Source of the DNA: Acidobacteriota bacterium
Lineage (GTDB): Bacteria > Acidobacteriota > UBA6911 > RPQK01 > JAJDTT01
Assembly: GCA_965263035.1 (NCBI GenBank)
Contig: OZ253580.1
Location: forward strand, 1,760,001 to 1,824,000
Reading direction: 5' to 3'
DNA length: 64,000 nucleotides
Under the pieces are notes generated by a model that was given only the letters and a program-made list of their open reading frames with translations, was not told the DNA's origin and ran no database searches. This document shows positions 39,395 to 48,601 of this stretch, piece after piece. Within the stretch, counting starts at the first letter, position 1. Each line of letters opens with the position of its first letter. A program made the translations under genes and the position numbers.

Positions 39395-41075
39395 TCGGCA
39401 GCCCCCCCGGAAGTCCGCTCCCGAATTGCAGGCGATTCGAGCCGTTCACGGCCTTGGGCGCCGGCCGCAAGGCCAACTTCACCCTGCCTTGGGGTATTCG
39501 ATTTCTGCAAATGCGAAACGCGTAGACACTGCCTCGACGCAGCCACAGGCGCAATTTCACGACTCGTCCCCGCAATCGGCTCAGGTCCCGCCGATTCTTC
39601 CAGCGCACCGGCACTCGCAGGCCGTCGACCTGCCGCAGCACGAGGGCCTCTGCTCGGGAAAAGCCCGGGATCGGCTCACCGTCGGCATTCAGCACCTCGA
39701 CGGTGAGTTCGCCGTTCGGGACCTCCAGGTTGACCTCGACTTCCTCGCCCTCGACCCGAAACGGCCGGGTGGTGGCCCAGCCCAATCGATCGGATGCAGT
39801 CAACGAAACGAAACGATCCAGCGGAACCGTGGCCAGGCCGATGCCGGTGGGCGCTCCAGCGCCTCCCCGGCCGCTGTGAGAGATGGGACGCCCGACGTAG
39901 TAGATCCAGTGCTTGTCCTTCCAGGTGACGATGTTGGGAGCCGGCTGGATCCATTTGGCGTCGAAGCTTCCGGTAGGGCCACGGGTCAGGAACGGCTGGT
40001 TCCGGTACACCCACTCCAGATTCCAGGGGCGATCCCCGCGAGTCGTGGCCAGAAAGAAGTCCATCTCCTCGCTGTCCCCCGGCCGTTCCAGCGACCAGAG
40101 CAGCCCGAACTGGACACTCTCGTAGATCCATCCGTTCAAGCTGTAGATCTGGCGGGCCCACTCGTAATCCTTCCTGCCACTCTCCCGCCCCAGACACCAC
40201 TCGCGCACGGTCGTCCAATCTCCAGGGTGACTCCGGAGCTCCGTCCATGGGTTGACCATGTCCCGCGTTCCCCGAATCTCTCCCTTGCCTCCTCCCGTTC
40301 CATAGTCGGTCCGGGTGTAGAGGCGGTAGACCCCCGCATACGGATCCCAGAGCACCTGGTTGATGGTGTCCGCGGCCCGGCCGGTGATGGGCCGGCCCTG
40401 GTCGTAGTAGCTCCAGCGAAGACCGTCGGGGGAATAGGCCAGGGCGGTGGTGGTGCCGTGTCCCTTCTCGGCTCCGACGGCTGCCTTGTACTTGTGGCGC
40501 GGGTCCTTTTCGTTGGGATCGACAAAGGGGCAGTACACCTGCGGACGGCCGATCTGATAGATGTTGTTGGCCCGGCTGCCGTCGAATTCCACGAGTCCGA
40601 GCTGGGGCTTGACCCAGCGGACGCCATCCCGGGATTCGGCGTAGCAGAAGGTCGCCGAATCCCCGCCGGAGCCGGCGGCCCGGTACCAGATGCGGAACCG
40701 GCCGTCCTCCCGGAGCACGGCACCGACGATCGGCACACCGAAGTCTTCCCAGGGAGTGTCGTCGACGATCACCGGCCGGCCGTCATTCACTTTCAGGGGA
40801 CGCCCGAGCCGGCGCGCCAGCTGGTGCTTCTCGGCAATGACGTGGTCGTCGACCAACAACTGCTTCTGTTCTCCGAATTGAAGAATGGGGCCGTCATCCG
40901 TCTCGCCGGCGCGGACAGAGGCGAAGAGCGGGGTCAAAAGGAGCGCGAAGAGTGGTTGGCGGCACCGACGGAAAAGGATCTCCCGTACCGTCGGCCCGGC
41001 CTGCGGAGAGATGGTCTCCGGCGTACGGCCAAAGAACGAAGGGACGGTCGTGGCGGCAGGGTTGATCAGGCTCAT
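39381..41075 (-). CDS. Secreted five-bladed beta-propeller glycosidase-like protein (start uncertain)
   Basis: QLLVDD, FRIWY, YAESRDGVRWVKPQLGLVE, SPDGLRW, IGLA...DRFVSL. Confidence 0.75.
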   Translation of the reverse strand: MSLINPAATTVPSFFGRTPETISPQAGPTVREILFRRCRQPLFALLLTPLFASVRAGETDDGPILQFGEQKQLLVDDHVIAEKHQLARRLGRPLKVNDGRPVIVDDTPWEDFGVPIVGAVLREDGRFRIWYRAAGSGGDSATFCYAESRDGVRWVKPQLGLVEFDGSRANNIYQIGRPQVYCPFVDPNEKDPRHKYKAAVGAEKGHGTTTALAYSPDGLRWSYYDQGRPITGRAADTINQVLWDPYAGVYRLYTRTDYGTGGGKGEIRGTRDMVNPWTELRSHPGDWTTVREWCLGRESGRKDYEWARQIYSLNGWIYESVQFGLLWSLERPGDSEEMDFFLATTRGDRPWNLEWVYRNQPFLTRGPTGSFDAKWIQPAPNIVTWKDKHWIYYVGRPISHSGRGGAGAPTGIGLATVPLDRFVSLTASDRLGWATTRPFRVEGEEVEVNLEVPNGELTVEVLNADGEPIPGFSRAEALVLRQVDGLRVPVRWKNRRDLSRLRGRVVKLRLWLRRGSVYAFRICRNRIPQGRVKLALRPAPKAVNGSNRLQFGSGLPGGLPINEP

Positions 41076-41124
41076 TGCGGAAAGGCGCAATGCTCGCAGA
41101 TCCTCGGCGAACTTGTCAGGCCCC

Positions 41125-42555
41125 TCAGGGGCCCGGCGATTGAATTCCGAACAGCACCTTGGTGCGCGCCTCCAGGCTCTCAGCCAGGGCTTCGACCAAT
41201 CTGAGACCATTCAGGGCTTCGGTCCGACTGTAGTAGGTGAGGGCGGCCCGTGCCAGCTCCGGCTCGCCCGCCTGGAACAGCGCCAGCGCGATTCCCTCCA
41301 CCGTCGCCTGCTGGGCAATCAGCCCCGACTCGAAGGCGGTCAAGGCCTCCATGACCTCCGGCAGGAATTTCGCCTCGTGGGATTTCGCCAGGTAGAACAA
41401 CCGCTTGCAGGCGCGGAAAGCATACCGCGTCGATTCCAGCCCCATGTCCCCTTCCCGGATGTGGCGGGAATCCTCGCCCGCGGTGAGGTAGCGATGCCTC
41501 TTGAACTCGGGCGGCACATCCTGAACGCCGATGCGGTAGGGGACGAACGGCGCCGCCACCGGAGGGGCCGGCGCCACCCACAAGGTACCCAACTCCCGAT
41601 GGACGCCATGGCGCAAGTGGGCCACCTGGCCATAACCGGCCGAATCGCGAGTGAGTTCCGGCGTCCGAACCACCTCGATCATGTCCTGCAGGCCGATTCG
41701 GCCGGCCCTGGCCTGCAGCCGATCCTCGATCAGCTGGACCGCCGCGGCCTTGCCGGCCGACCGTCCATACACCTTTCCCACATGAAAGGGCTCCCCTGAC
41801 TGGGGGTCGTACCAGCCCTGGTCCACGGCGAAGGGAATCAGATTCCCGGATCCCATGAAATCAGGATGCTCCCGGTAGTTGAGCGGAACCTCATGGATAT
41901 AGCCGGGACGAGACACCCGGACGTCGTCCGGCCCCAGTCGCTCGGCAACCCAGAGGCCTTGGCCGCCGGCGAAGTTGATCAGGATCCATCCCTCTTCGGC
42001 GTCGGCAAATAAGTGTGAGTTGCCTCCATAGGTGGAAAATCCGTATTCGTCAATCAGCGCGCCCACGATCTCCGCGGCCTCGCGGGCGCTTCGGGCCCGT
42101 TCCATCACGATCCTGGACAGGTCGCTGTATTGCGGCCCGCGCTGCGGATTGGGCGTCATCTCCCGCAGCTCGATCCGTGAGGAGGACGACACATCCCGGG
42201 CCGCCACACCCTGCTCGTTCAGTCCGCCGTTCGTCAGGGGCGCCGGGAAACCCGCAAAATAGGAATAGTTCATGGTCAGGTAGCGAAACGTGGTGGGCAC
42301 CTGCGGAATCTCCATGAGCTCTCCGGGATAACGGGATTCCGGAGTCGCTCCCACCGTCAGGGTGGAACCGGGAGCATGCTGCCGAAGGGGCACGATCTCC
42401 AACCAATGGCTGGAAGGCTCGTCGCCGTAACCGGCCAGAAACACACTGCCGTCCCGGGTCAGGTTCTTCCCCACGTAGATTGCATAGCTGGCCTCGGCTC
42501 CGGCGCCGCCGGCGAGGCTGATCATCAAACTGGTCAGCGCGATACGACCTTTCAT
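41125..42555 (-). CDS. C69 family dipeptidase/secernin-like Ntn hydrolase
   Basis: Signal peptide, then SYAIYVGKNLT.DGS, GGLNEQGVA, ERARSAREA, ADAEEGW, LWVAERL. Confidence 0.85.
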   Translation of the reverse strand: MKGRIALTSLMISLAGGAGAEASYAIYVGKNLTRDGSVFLAGYGDEPSSHWLEIVPLRQHAPGSTLTVGATPESRYPGELMEIPQVPTTFRYLTMNYSYFAGFPAPLTNGGLNEQGVAARDVSSSSRIELREMTPNPQRGPQYSDLSRIVMERARSAREAAEIVGALIDEYGFSTYGGNSHLFADAEEGWILINFAGGQGLWVAERLGPDDVRVSRPGYIHEVPLNYREHPDFMGSGNLIPFAVDQGWYDPQSGEPFHVGKVYGRSAGKAAAVQLIEDRLQARAGRIGLQDMIEVVRTPELTRDSAGYGQVAHLRHGVHRELGTLWVAPAPPVAAPFVPYRIGVQDVPPEFKRHRYLTAGEDSRHIREGDMGLESTRYAFRACKRLFYLAKSHEAKFLPEVMEALTAFESGLIAQQATVEGIALALFQAGEPELARAALTYYSRTEALNGLRLVEALAESLEARTKVLFGIQSPGP

Positions 42556-42611
42556 GGTAGTGTCCTCATTTTCTTGGCGGCCAGCTCAATCCTGGCAGAA
42601 AGAGGGGAGAA

Positions 42612-42680
42612 TGCGGGGGTTTGTAACCCCCGATTCCGGGTCGCCGATGAAGAGGGGGACAGGAATGTCCCCCCTCCTGG
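42612..42680. repeat. REP-like palindromes
   Basis: gggggtttgtaaccccc and gagggggacaggaatgtcccccctc hairpins in intergenic DNA. Confidence 0.5.
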
Positions 42681-42761
42681 AGTGCCCCATGTTTCTCTCC
42701 GGACTCTGCCGGGGTGCCAGCCGGTGGGGAAACGTCTATCTGATACGAGCGTCGTCCAAGA

Positions 42762-43137
42762 CTACACGTCCACCCGGACGTGCTTCATGGCCTCGTAGGC
42801 CGGAGACGGCTTGCCCTGTACGTGGAGGAAGGGGTATCGGTAGTCCTCCTCTCCCACCCAGCGGGAGTCGCCGGTCATGAAAATCACGGTGTAGGCGCGC
42901 CGGGAATGCGGGCTCCGGTTGGGCTCGCTCCGGTGGTAGGTCAGCCAATGGTGGAATCTCACGCTTCCTTTGCTCAGCTCCACCGGAATCTCACCTCCCA
43001 AATTGCTCAGAGCCTCCTGGGTCAGCTTCCACGTATTCCCGGGCACTTTCGAATGCTCGTGATCGAGCAGGCCCAACTTGTGGCTCTCGGGGATCACGGT
43101 GAGGCTTCCGTTCTCGCGGGTCGCATCCTCCAACGCG
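42762..43137 (-). pseudogene. 3' half of a phytanoyl-CoA dioxygenase (PhyH) gene, duplicate of the 3' part of 61551..62312
   Basis: ALEDATRENG...HRSEPNRS...YEAMKHVRVDV is nearly identical to the intact copy; the HxD-containing N-terminal half is missing. Confidence 0.9.
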
Positions 43138-43213
43138 CAGCTGATGGTGACTGTCACCTGCTTGCTGGTGGTTACCCGGTCGCCTTCTATCATGATCACC
43201 CGCTCCCTTCTTT

Positions 43214-44383
43214 TCATGCGTTCTGAAGCAACATCGCCAGCTCGGAGACGCTGATCGCCTCAACGCCTTCGGTGACCGGGAAGCGCTCGTCGCCGGAATG
43301 CGCGACGAACGCATGGGCCGGCCTCAGGTCCGCGCGGGCGTTGTGGAAGCCGCGGTCCAGTCTCGGGGCGCGGCCCCGCTTGATCTCTATCGCCCACAGT
43401 TCGCCGTTCGGCAACTGAAGCGCGAGATCGACCTCGGCGCCAGCGGAAGTGCGGTAAAAACTGGCTGTCGTCCGTTCCGGGGCGGCCGCGAGCAGATTCT
43501 CTATCACATATCCTTCCCAACTGGCGCCGGCCACAGGATGGCCGGCCAGCGCATTGAAATCGCCAATGCCGAGCAGAGCGTGCAGCAGGCCGCTGTCGCG
43601 TATGTAGATCTTCGGCGATTTCACAAGCCTTTTCCCGACATTGGCGTGAAAAGGAGCCAGGCGCCGCACCAGCAGCAGATCGGTCAAGAGTCCGATATAG
43701 CGATTCACGGTTTGCACGCTCACACCCAATGACGAAGCCAGCCGGGAGGCATTCAACAGGCCTCCCTGGCTGTGGGCCAGCATGATCCAAAGGCGTTCCA
43801 GCGTTTCCGCGGGGAGGCGGGGCCCGAACAAGGCGACGTCGCGCTCCAGGTAAGTCCGGATAAAGTCCTTGCGAAGAAGAAAGCTACGCCTTCCGTCAAC
43901 GGCCAGAAAGCTGTCCGGGAAGCCGCCCCGCACCCAGAGCCGGGTGGGCGTGTCACTACCGCCCGCCACCTCGAGGAGGTGGAACGGCTGCATGTCAATA
44001 TAGGCGATCCGGCCGGCAAGGCTCTCGCTGGACTGGCGCAACAGATCCATCGACGCGGAGCCGAGGATCAGGAATCGTCCGGTCCGTTTTCCTCGCCGCC
44101 GGCCGCTGTCGATGACCCCTCGAAGATCCTGAAACAGGCCGGGAACTCTGTGGATTTCATCGAGAATCACGAGGCGTTTTTCGTAATGGCTCAGGAACAG
44201 CGCCGGGTCGCTCAGCTTCTGCCGATCGGTTCGGTCTTCGAGGTCGAGATATAGGGCTCCGCGCTCTTCGCCGATATCCAGCGCGAGCGTCGTCTTGCCA
44301 GCTTGGCGCGGGCCGATAATGGCCACCGCTGCCTGGTAACCAAGCGCCTCAAGAACGCGGGGCTTGATGTGCCGCTCTATCAT
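43214..44383 (-). CDS. AAA+ ATP-binding protein (AAA_14 + DUF4143-type)
   Basis: GPRQAGKTT, ILDEIH, LGSAS, ESLAGR, RGGFP, KSPKIYIRDSGL, EVD...AIEIK. Confidence 0.93.
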   Translation of the reverse strand: MIERHIKPRVLEALGYQAAVAIIGPRQAGKTTLALDIGEERGALYLDLEDRTDRQKLSDPALFLSHYEKRLVILDEIHRVPGLFQDLRGVIDSGRRRGKRTGRFLILGSASMDLLRQSSESLAGRIAYIDMQPFHLLEVAGGSDTPTRLWVRGGFPDSFLAVDGRRSFLLRKDFIRTYLERDVALFGPRLPAETLERLWIMLAHSQGGLLNASRLASSLGVSVQTVNRYIGLLTDLLLVRRLAPFHANVGKRLVKSPKIYIRDSGLLHALLGIGDFNALAGHPVAGASWEGYVIENLLAAAPERTTASFYRTSAGAEVDLALQLPNGELWAIEIKRGRAPRLDRGFHNARADLRPAHAFVAHSGDERFPVTEGVEAISVSELAMLLQNA

Positions 44384-44520
44384 CCTTGTATATTATCCAT
44401 AGAATGGACAATTAACAAGGATAGAATCCACTCCGAGGAAAGAAGCCGTCTATGTATTCCACAGGAACAAGAATACCTCCGCTCGTGGGCGCGTGGGCGG
44501 GTCCGGCACGCGTTCCCGAC

Positions 44521-44631
44521 TTACCCGTCCACCTGGACGTGCTTCATGGCCTCGTGGGCCGGAGACGGCTTCCCCTGAACGTGCAGGAAGGGGTACCGGT
44601 AGTCCTCCTCCCCCACCCAGCAGAACTCGCC
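44521..44631 (-). repeat. Third copy of the PhyH 3' tip (about 110 bp)
   Basis: Matches 61551..61661 and 42762..42872 (ggacgtgcttcatggcctcg...gtagtcctcctcccccaccca). Confidence 0.9.
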
Positions 44632-44779
44632 ATTTTATCAGCGGGGCGCTCGAAGAACCCAACGTCTTCGGGACCCTGGGCCAACTGACCAGGTCGTTTT
44701 GGCGCGCCGTCACTGACAAGTGGGTAGCCAGACCGATTGTCTGGCTCCGAAACCCCGTGCTTGGGGGAAGGTTCATGCT

Positions 44780-47700
44780 TCAACCCAAGATCATTCCGTC
44801 GATGACCGATGCGATCACCGCTGCATCCAACCCCCCGCCCGGCTCGTCCCGAGTTTCGATCAGCGTTCCTTCCAGGCCTCCGCCGTCCTCGTGAGGCCGA
44901 ATTCCGCAGTCCAGGTACTCGGCACGCTTCCGCTCCCATCGGGCTCTGTACCCTTGGTCGTCGAGCATGCCGAGATGCTCCCAATAGAAGGTCACGCCCC
45001 GCGCGTGATCCGCGATCGTGAAATCCGGGTAGCGGGTGCGACCATTGGCCAGCACGAGAGGCTGCTCGTAGGCGTAGTCGATCCCGCGCGCGTAAAGCTT
45101 GTCGGCAATCACCAGCTCGGACTTTGAGCGCACGAGATCACCGCGCTCGGTTCGATGAATGAGCCCTTCCTCGAGGAAGCGCTGCTGGGCGTTGACGGTT
45201 ACTTCGCGCGGCCGCGGATCCGCGAAGAGGTTCGTCATGCGCCGGGCGATCTCCGAGTGCTCGTCGCCTGCATAGCGGCGATACTCGACAAGTGGGCCTT
45301 CGTGCAGGATGACCAGCCGGTCCTGGTGGCGGGTCAGCGCCGTGTACAAGAGCTCGCGGGAGAGCAGCCAGCAGGGGTTGGTGAGTACGACGAAGGTGAC
45401 GCCGAACTCGCTGCCCTGGGTCTTGTGCACCGTCAGGCAGTAGGCCAGCTCGAGCGGGTTGCGGCCTTCGTCTCCGAACTCGCCGGGGTAGAACCGGTAC
45501 TTGGGGCCTAGTTGCCCGGCGAACTCGACCTCGAGCTTCCACGGCATGCCCCTGAACTTCTTCGTCTTGTACTCCCCGACGATGATGCCGATGTCGCCGT
45601 TGGCGAGGTAGGCCTCCCCAGCGGGCTTCGGCCAGACGTCGCGCCCGCGCTGGTTGATGACATTGATGACCTTGTCGCCGTAGAGGAGCATCTGCGGGCC
45701 GACGGGACGCGGCACCTTGCGACCCCAGCCCTCCGCCTCGGCAAGCTCCCGCGCCTCCGCCCGGAACCGCCTTTGGAGCATGCGGTTCAGCGCGTCCACC
45801 CCCACGAGGCCGGCGCGCAGAGGCGAGAGCATCTGCCACGCTTCCGCCCGCGCGGCGGCTCCCGGGTTGTCGCCGAAGCGGTTCCAGAAGAAGGCCCACG
45901 GGATACCCCCGTGACGGGCGCCGCCCAGCGATTCCTCGAAGCCCAGTTCGTCGTCCGGCCCGGCGAGACCGAGCGCCTCGACGAGTTCCGCGACGAGCTT
46001 CTCCTGAAGCTCCTGCGGGTGGTTCCACCGCACGAGCCGGAGGCGTCCGTCTTTTCCTTCCTGTCCCTCGTCCAACACGGCGTCTGCGCCAGGATCGAGC
46101 GGCCGTCCGCTGAAGTGCGATGCCAGGAGCACGTCGGCCCGGGACTCGCCCTGCTGGCGTCGCGGGATCGTGAGCCCGGCATAGCTCGGCCCGTAGCGCG
46201 GAAAGAGCGTCTCGACATTCTCGGGCTCGAGCTCTCGAACGATGTCCACGAACGGGCGACCGGCCCCAATCGGCGGGAGCTGGCGCGGGTCCCCGACGAG
46301 CACAAGCCGCTCGACGTTGCTGAGCGAGTCGATCAGCGCCGCGAGCTGCTCTTCGGTGAGCATCGAGCACTCGTCCACGATCACGGTCCGGTAGTCGCCA
46401 CAGCGAGGCGCCCTGAGCTTGGGAAAGTAGGCGCCGGTCTCCCCGTCGTAACGTTGCTGCCGGATCAGAAACTGCGCCAGCGTCCGGCCGGCACCCCGCC
46501 TGCCGGTCTGCTCTTCCAGGCGCACACGGGCCTTGCCCGTGGGTGCCAGGAGCAGCAACCCCTTCTCGGCGAGACCGGGAAGCGAGCAGAGCATCCGCAG
46601 CAGCGTCGTCTTGCCCGTCCCGGCCGGGCCGATCAGCACGGAGAGCCGCGAGCGGAAGAGCTGCTCGAGCGCCGCCGCCTTCTCGCGCCGCGCGCGCTCC
46701 TCCAGCTCGCGCTCTTCCGGATCCGTAGGCAGCGCCTCATCGATCCCTGCGTCCACGAGCCCACGCCAGTCGAGTTCGGCCACGTGCGGCTTCCCCTTCT
46801 TCCGGCCGAGCACTTCGCGGCGGATGATCGTACGGCACTCGATGAGCCGGTCCACCTGGTAGGCAGGCTCGTCCTGACGGGTTGCCGCGCACGCGACGAC
46901 CGGCGCGAAGCTCTCCTCGCAGGCGTCGAGCACGTTCTCGCCGAGCGGGCACGGCGGCTGGAGCGCTCGCTCCCGCGCCCTGCGGATGACCCAGCTCCGA
47001 GGGAGCAGCGTGTGGCCCTCGGCCGCTGCGTGCTCCAGGAGGTCCGCGACCAGTGCACGTACACGCCGTTCGTCGGCCGGGTCTTCGATGCGGCTCGGCT
47101 CCAACACTGGGAACTGCTCCCGCACTGCCTCGTCCGGGAACAGGCCCCGGTCCACCGCGCCAAAGGCAATCGGGTCGGCGGCGCGCCGGTCGTGCTCAAA
47201 GAGGAGGTAGGGATTGCGCAGCAGCTCGGCGTCGCTAGCCTCGATGCCGGCCTGCGCCCGTGCTGTGGTGTCGTAGAAGCGTAGCGCCTGATCCTCCGAG
47301 ATGGCGCAGCGGCCGAGGAGTTGGAGCAGGGCCCGCCGCTCGTCGGTTAGGCGCTTCCAGCCCTTGCGCAGCCCGTCCGTGAGGAGCTTTGCCACGGGAC
47401 CACCAAGCTTCGCGGGATCATCCATCACGGCGTCCACGAGCGCCCACGGATCGCCGCCGCCCTCGCGCTCGCGCTCGCGCAGCAGTTCGATCTCGTACGC
47501 GAGCAGGCTCCCGTGCTGGAAGCCCCACTCGTAGCCGAACGCCGAAAGCGCCGAGCCGAGGCCGGGGAACGCACCGCGCGCCCTCCACAGGCGGTTGAGC
47601 TGCGTATCGATCCAGGCGAGCACCTCAACCCACGGTCCCTCGATCCGGCCGCGCACCCGGTGCAACGTCGCGGCGCAGGCCACGAGGGAGGCCACGGCGC

Positions 47701-48601
47701 CATCGTGGGTCAGGAGTTCCGAGCCGTAGGAGTAGGCGTCGAAGTGCTCGTCCGGGGCGAAGGCCACGAACTCCTCGGGGTCGACCCCCTCGCGTTCGGC
47801 GAGCGCCAGCGCTTCCTGGTAGGGAAAGAGGAAGCCGTCCGCGAAGCCGGGCCGGACCGAATGGCCCACGTTGCACTCCCAGAGCACGCACCGAAGCGGC
47901 GGGTTCTTGACCTTGTATGCGTATTCGGTGGCCTCGCCGACGGAGAGCACCCGGCCCACGCCGACGATCACGCGCCGGGACTGCTCGGAGAGCGGGGTGC
48001 GCTTGGCATAGAAAAAGCAGAGCGACTCCTCTGGCCGGAGCGCGCCGAAGAAGGTGTCGAGCAGAGCGAGCTGGTTCTCGCGCTCCTGGACCCAGGCCGT
48101 CTCGACCTGCTTTCCGCCGCGGCTGCGGATGTCGGGCTCGCCGTCTGGCACCCAGCGGATCTTCAGGCGCTCGGCGATCCCGATCTCACCGTTCTTTGCG
48201 TTCCCCTCGACCTTCTCGCGAAGCATCCAGCGGAACGGAACGCAGGCAGCAGAGTAGGGCGATTGCACAAAGCGGGTGGGTGCGAAGTGGCCGTGGGTCT
48301 TGGGGTAGAACTCCGTGTACGGGTGGGTCATCGTCCGGGTGAGCGAGAAGGGCGCCATGAACGAGACGCGCTCGCCCACGCAGGGTGGCAGGTCGGCGTG
48401 GTCGAGCTCGTCGAGCCGCTGACCCGCGCAACGCGCCTCCACGTCGTCGCGCCGGCCTTCGCCGATGCGGGGAAGGACGAGGCAACTCGAGTTGTCCAGC
48501 GGCCGGGCACACACCGTCCCGGACCAGCCCCCGTCGTGCCACGGGACGCGGATGGTGACATGGTGGGGCGGAAGGCGGCGGGCGCCGGCGAAGCTTGTCA
48601 T
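44780..48601 (-). CDS. RecD-like SF1 helicase with Cys/His-rich N-terminal domain and C-terminal PD-(D/E)XK/Vsr-like nuclease
   Basis: GPAGTGKTT, APTGKA, IVDECSM, VGDPRQLPPIG, AYCLTVHKTQGSE, LLYTALTR; C-terminal RSKSE...YEQP...PDFTI...WEHLG. ATGA overlap with the RT stop. Confidence 0.9.
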   Translation of the reverse strand: MTSFAGARRLPPHHVTIRVPWHDGGWSGTVCARPLDNSSCLVLPRIGEGRRDDVEARCAGQRLDELDHADLPPCVGERVSFMAPFSLTRTMTHPYTEFYPKTHGHFAPTRFVQSPYSAACVPFRWMLREKVEGNAKNGEIGIAERLKIRWVPDGEPDIRSRGGKQVETAWVQERENQLALLDTFFGALRPEESLCFFYAKRTPLSEQSRRVIVGVGRVLSVGEATEYAYKVKNPPLRCVLWECNVGHSVRPGFADGFLFPYQEALALAEREGVDPEEFVAFAPDEHFDAYSYGSELLTHDGAVASLVACAATLHRVRGRIEGPWVEVLAWIDTQLNRLWRARGAFPGLGSALSAFGYEWGFQHGSLLAYEIELLREREREGGGDPWALVDAVMDDPAKLGGPVAKLLTDGLRKGWKRLTDERRALLQLLGRCAISEDQALRFYDTTARAQAGIEASDAELLRNPYLLFEHDRRAADPIAFGAVDRGLFPDEAVREQFPVLEPSRIEDPADERRVRALVADLLEHAAAEGHTLLPRSWVIRRARERALQPPCPLGENVLDACEESFAPVVACAATRQDEPAYQVDRLIECRTIIRREVLGRKKGKPHVAELDWRGLVDAGIDEALPTDPEERELEERARREKAAALEQLFRSRLSVLIGPAGTGKTTLLRMLCSLPGLAEKGLLLLAPTGKARVRLEEQTGRRGAGRTLAQFLIRQQRYDGETGAYFPKLRAPRCGDYRTVIVDECSMLTEEQLAALIDSLSNVERLVLVGDPRQLPPIGAGRPFVDIVRELEPENVETLFPRYGPSYAGLTIPRRQQGESRADVLLASHFSGRPLDPGADAVLDEGQEGKDGRLRLVRWNHPQELQEKLVAELVEALGLAGPDDELGFEESLGGARHGGIPWAFFWNRFGDNPGAAARAEAWQMLSPLRAGLVGVDALNRMLQRRFRAEARELAEAEGWGRKVPRPVGPQMLLYGDKVINVINQRGRDVWPKPAGEAYLANGDIGIIVGEYKTKKFRGMPWKLEVEFAGQLGPKYRFYPGEFGDEGRNPLELAYCLTVHKTQGSEFGVTFVVLTNPCWLLSRELLYTALTRHQDRLVILHEGPLVEYRRYAGDEHSEIARRMTNLFADPRPREVTVNAQQRFLEEGLIHRTERGDLVRSKSELVIADKLYARGIDYAYEQPLVLANGRTRYPDFTIADHARGVTFYWEHLGMLDDQGYRARWERKRAEYLDCGIRPHEDGGGLEGTLIETRDEPGGGLDAAVIASVIDGMILG

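Noticed and set aside
39270-41204. 644-aa plus-strand ORF, and similar long antisense ORFs at 45512..47284, 47513..48769 and 18602..19846
   Set aside because: Antisense shadows of well-supported genes; no motifs of their own.
42480-42500. Ser instead of Cys at the mature N-terminus of the C69 peptidase
   Set aside because: Ntn hydrolases can use Ser, so this is not evidence of inactivation or novelty without an alignment.
42762-44631. PhyH repeats as a DGR TR/VR pair for the nearby RT
   Set aside because: The differences are mostly synonymous-type and not adenine-specific, and the RT is not DGR-like.
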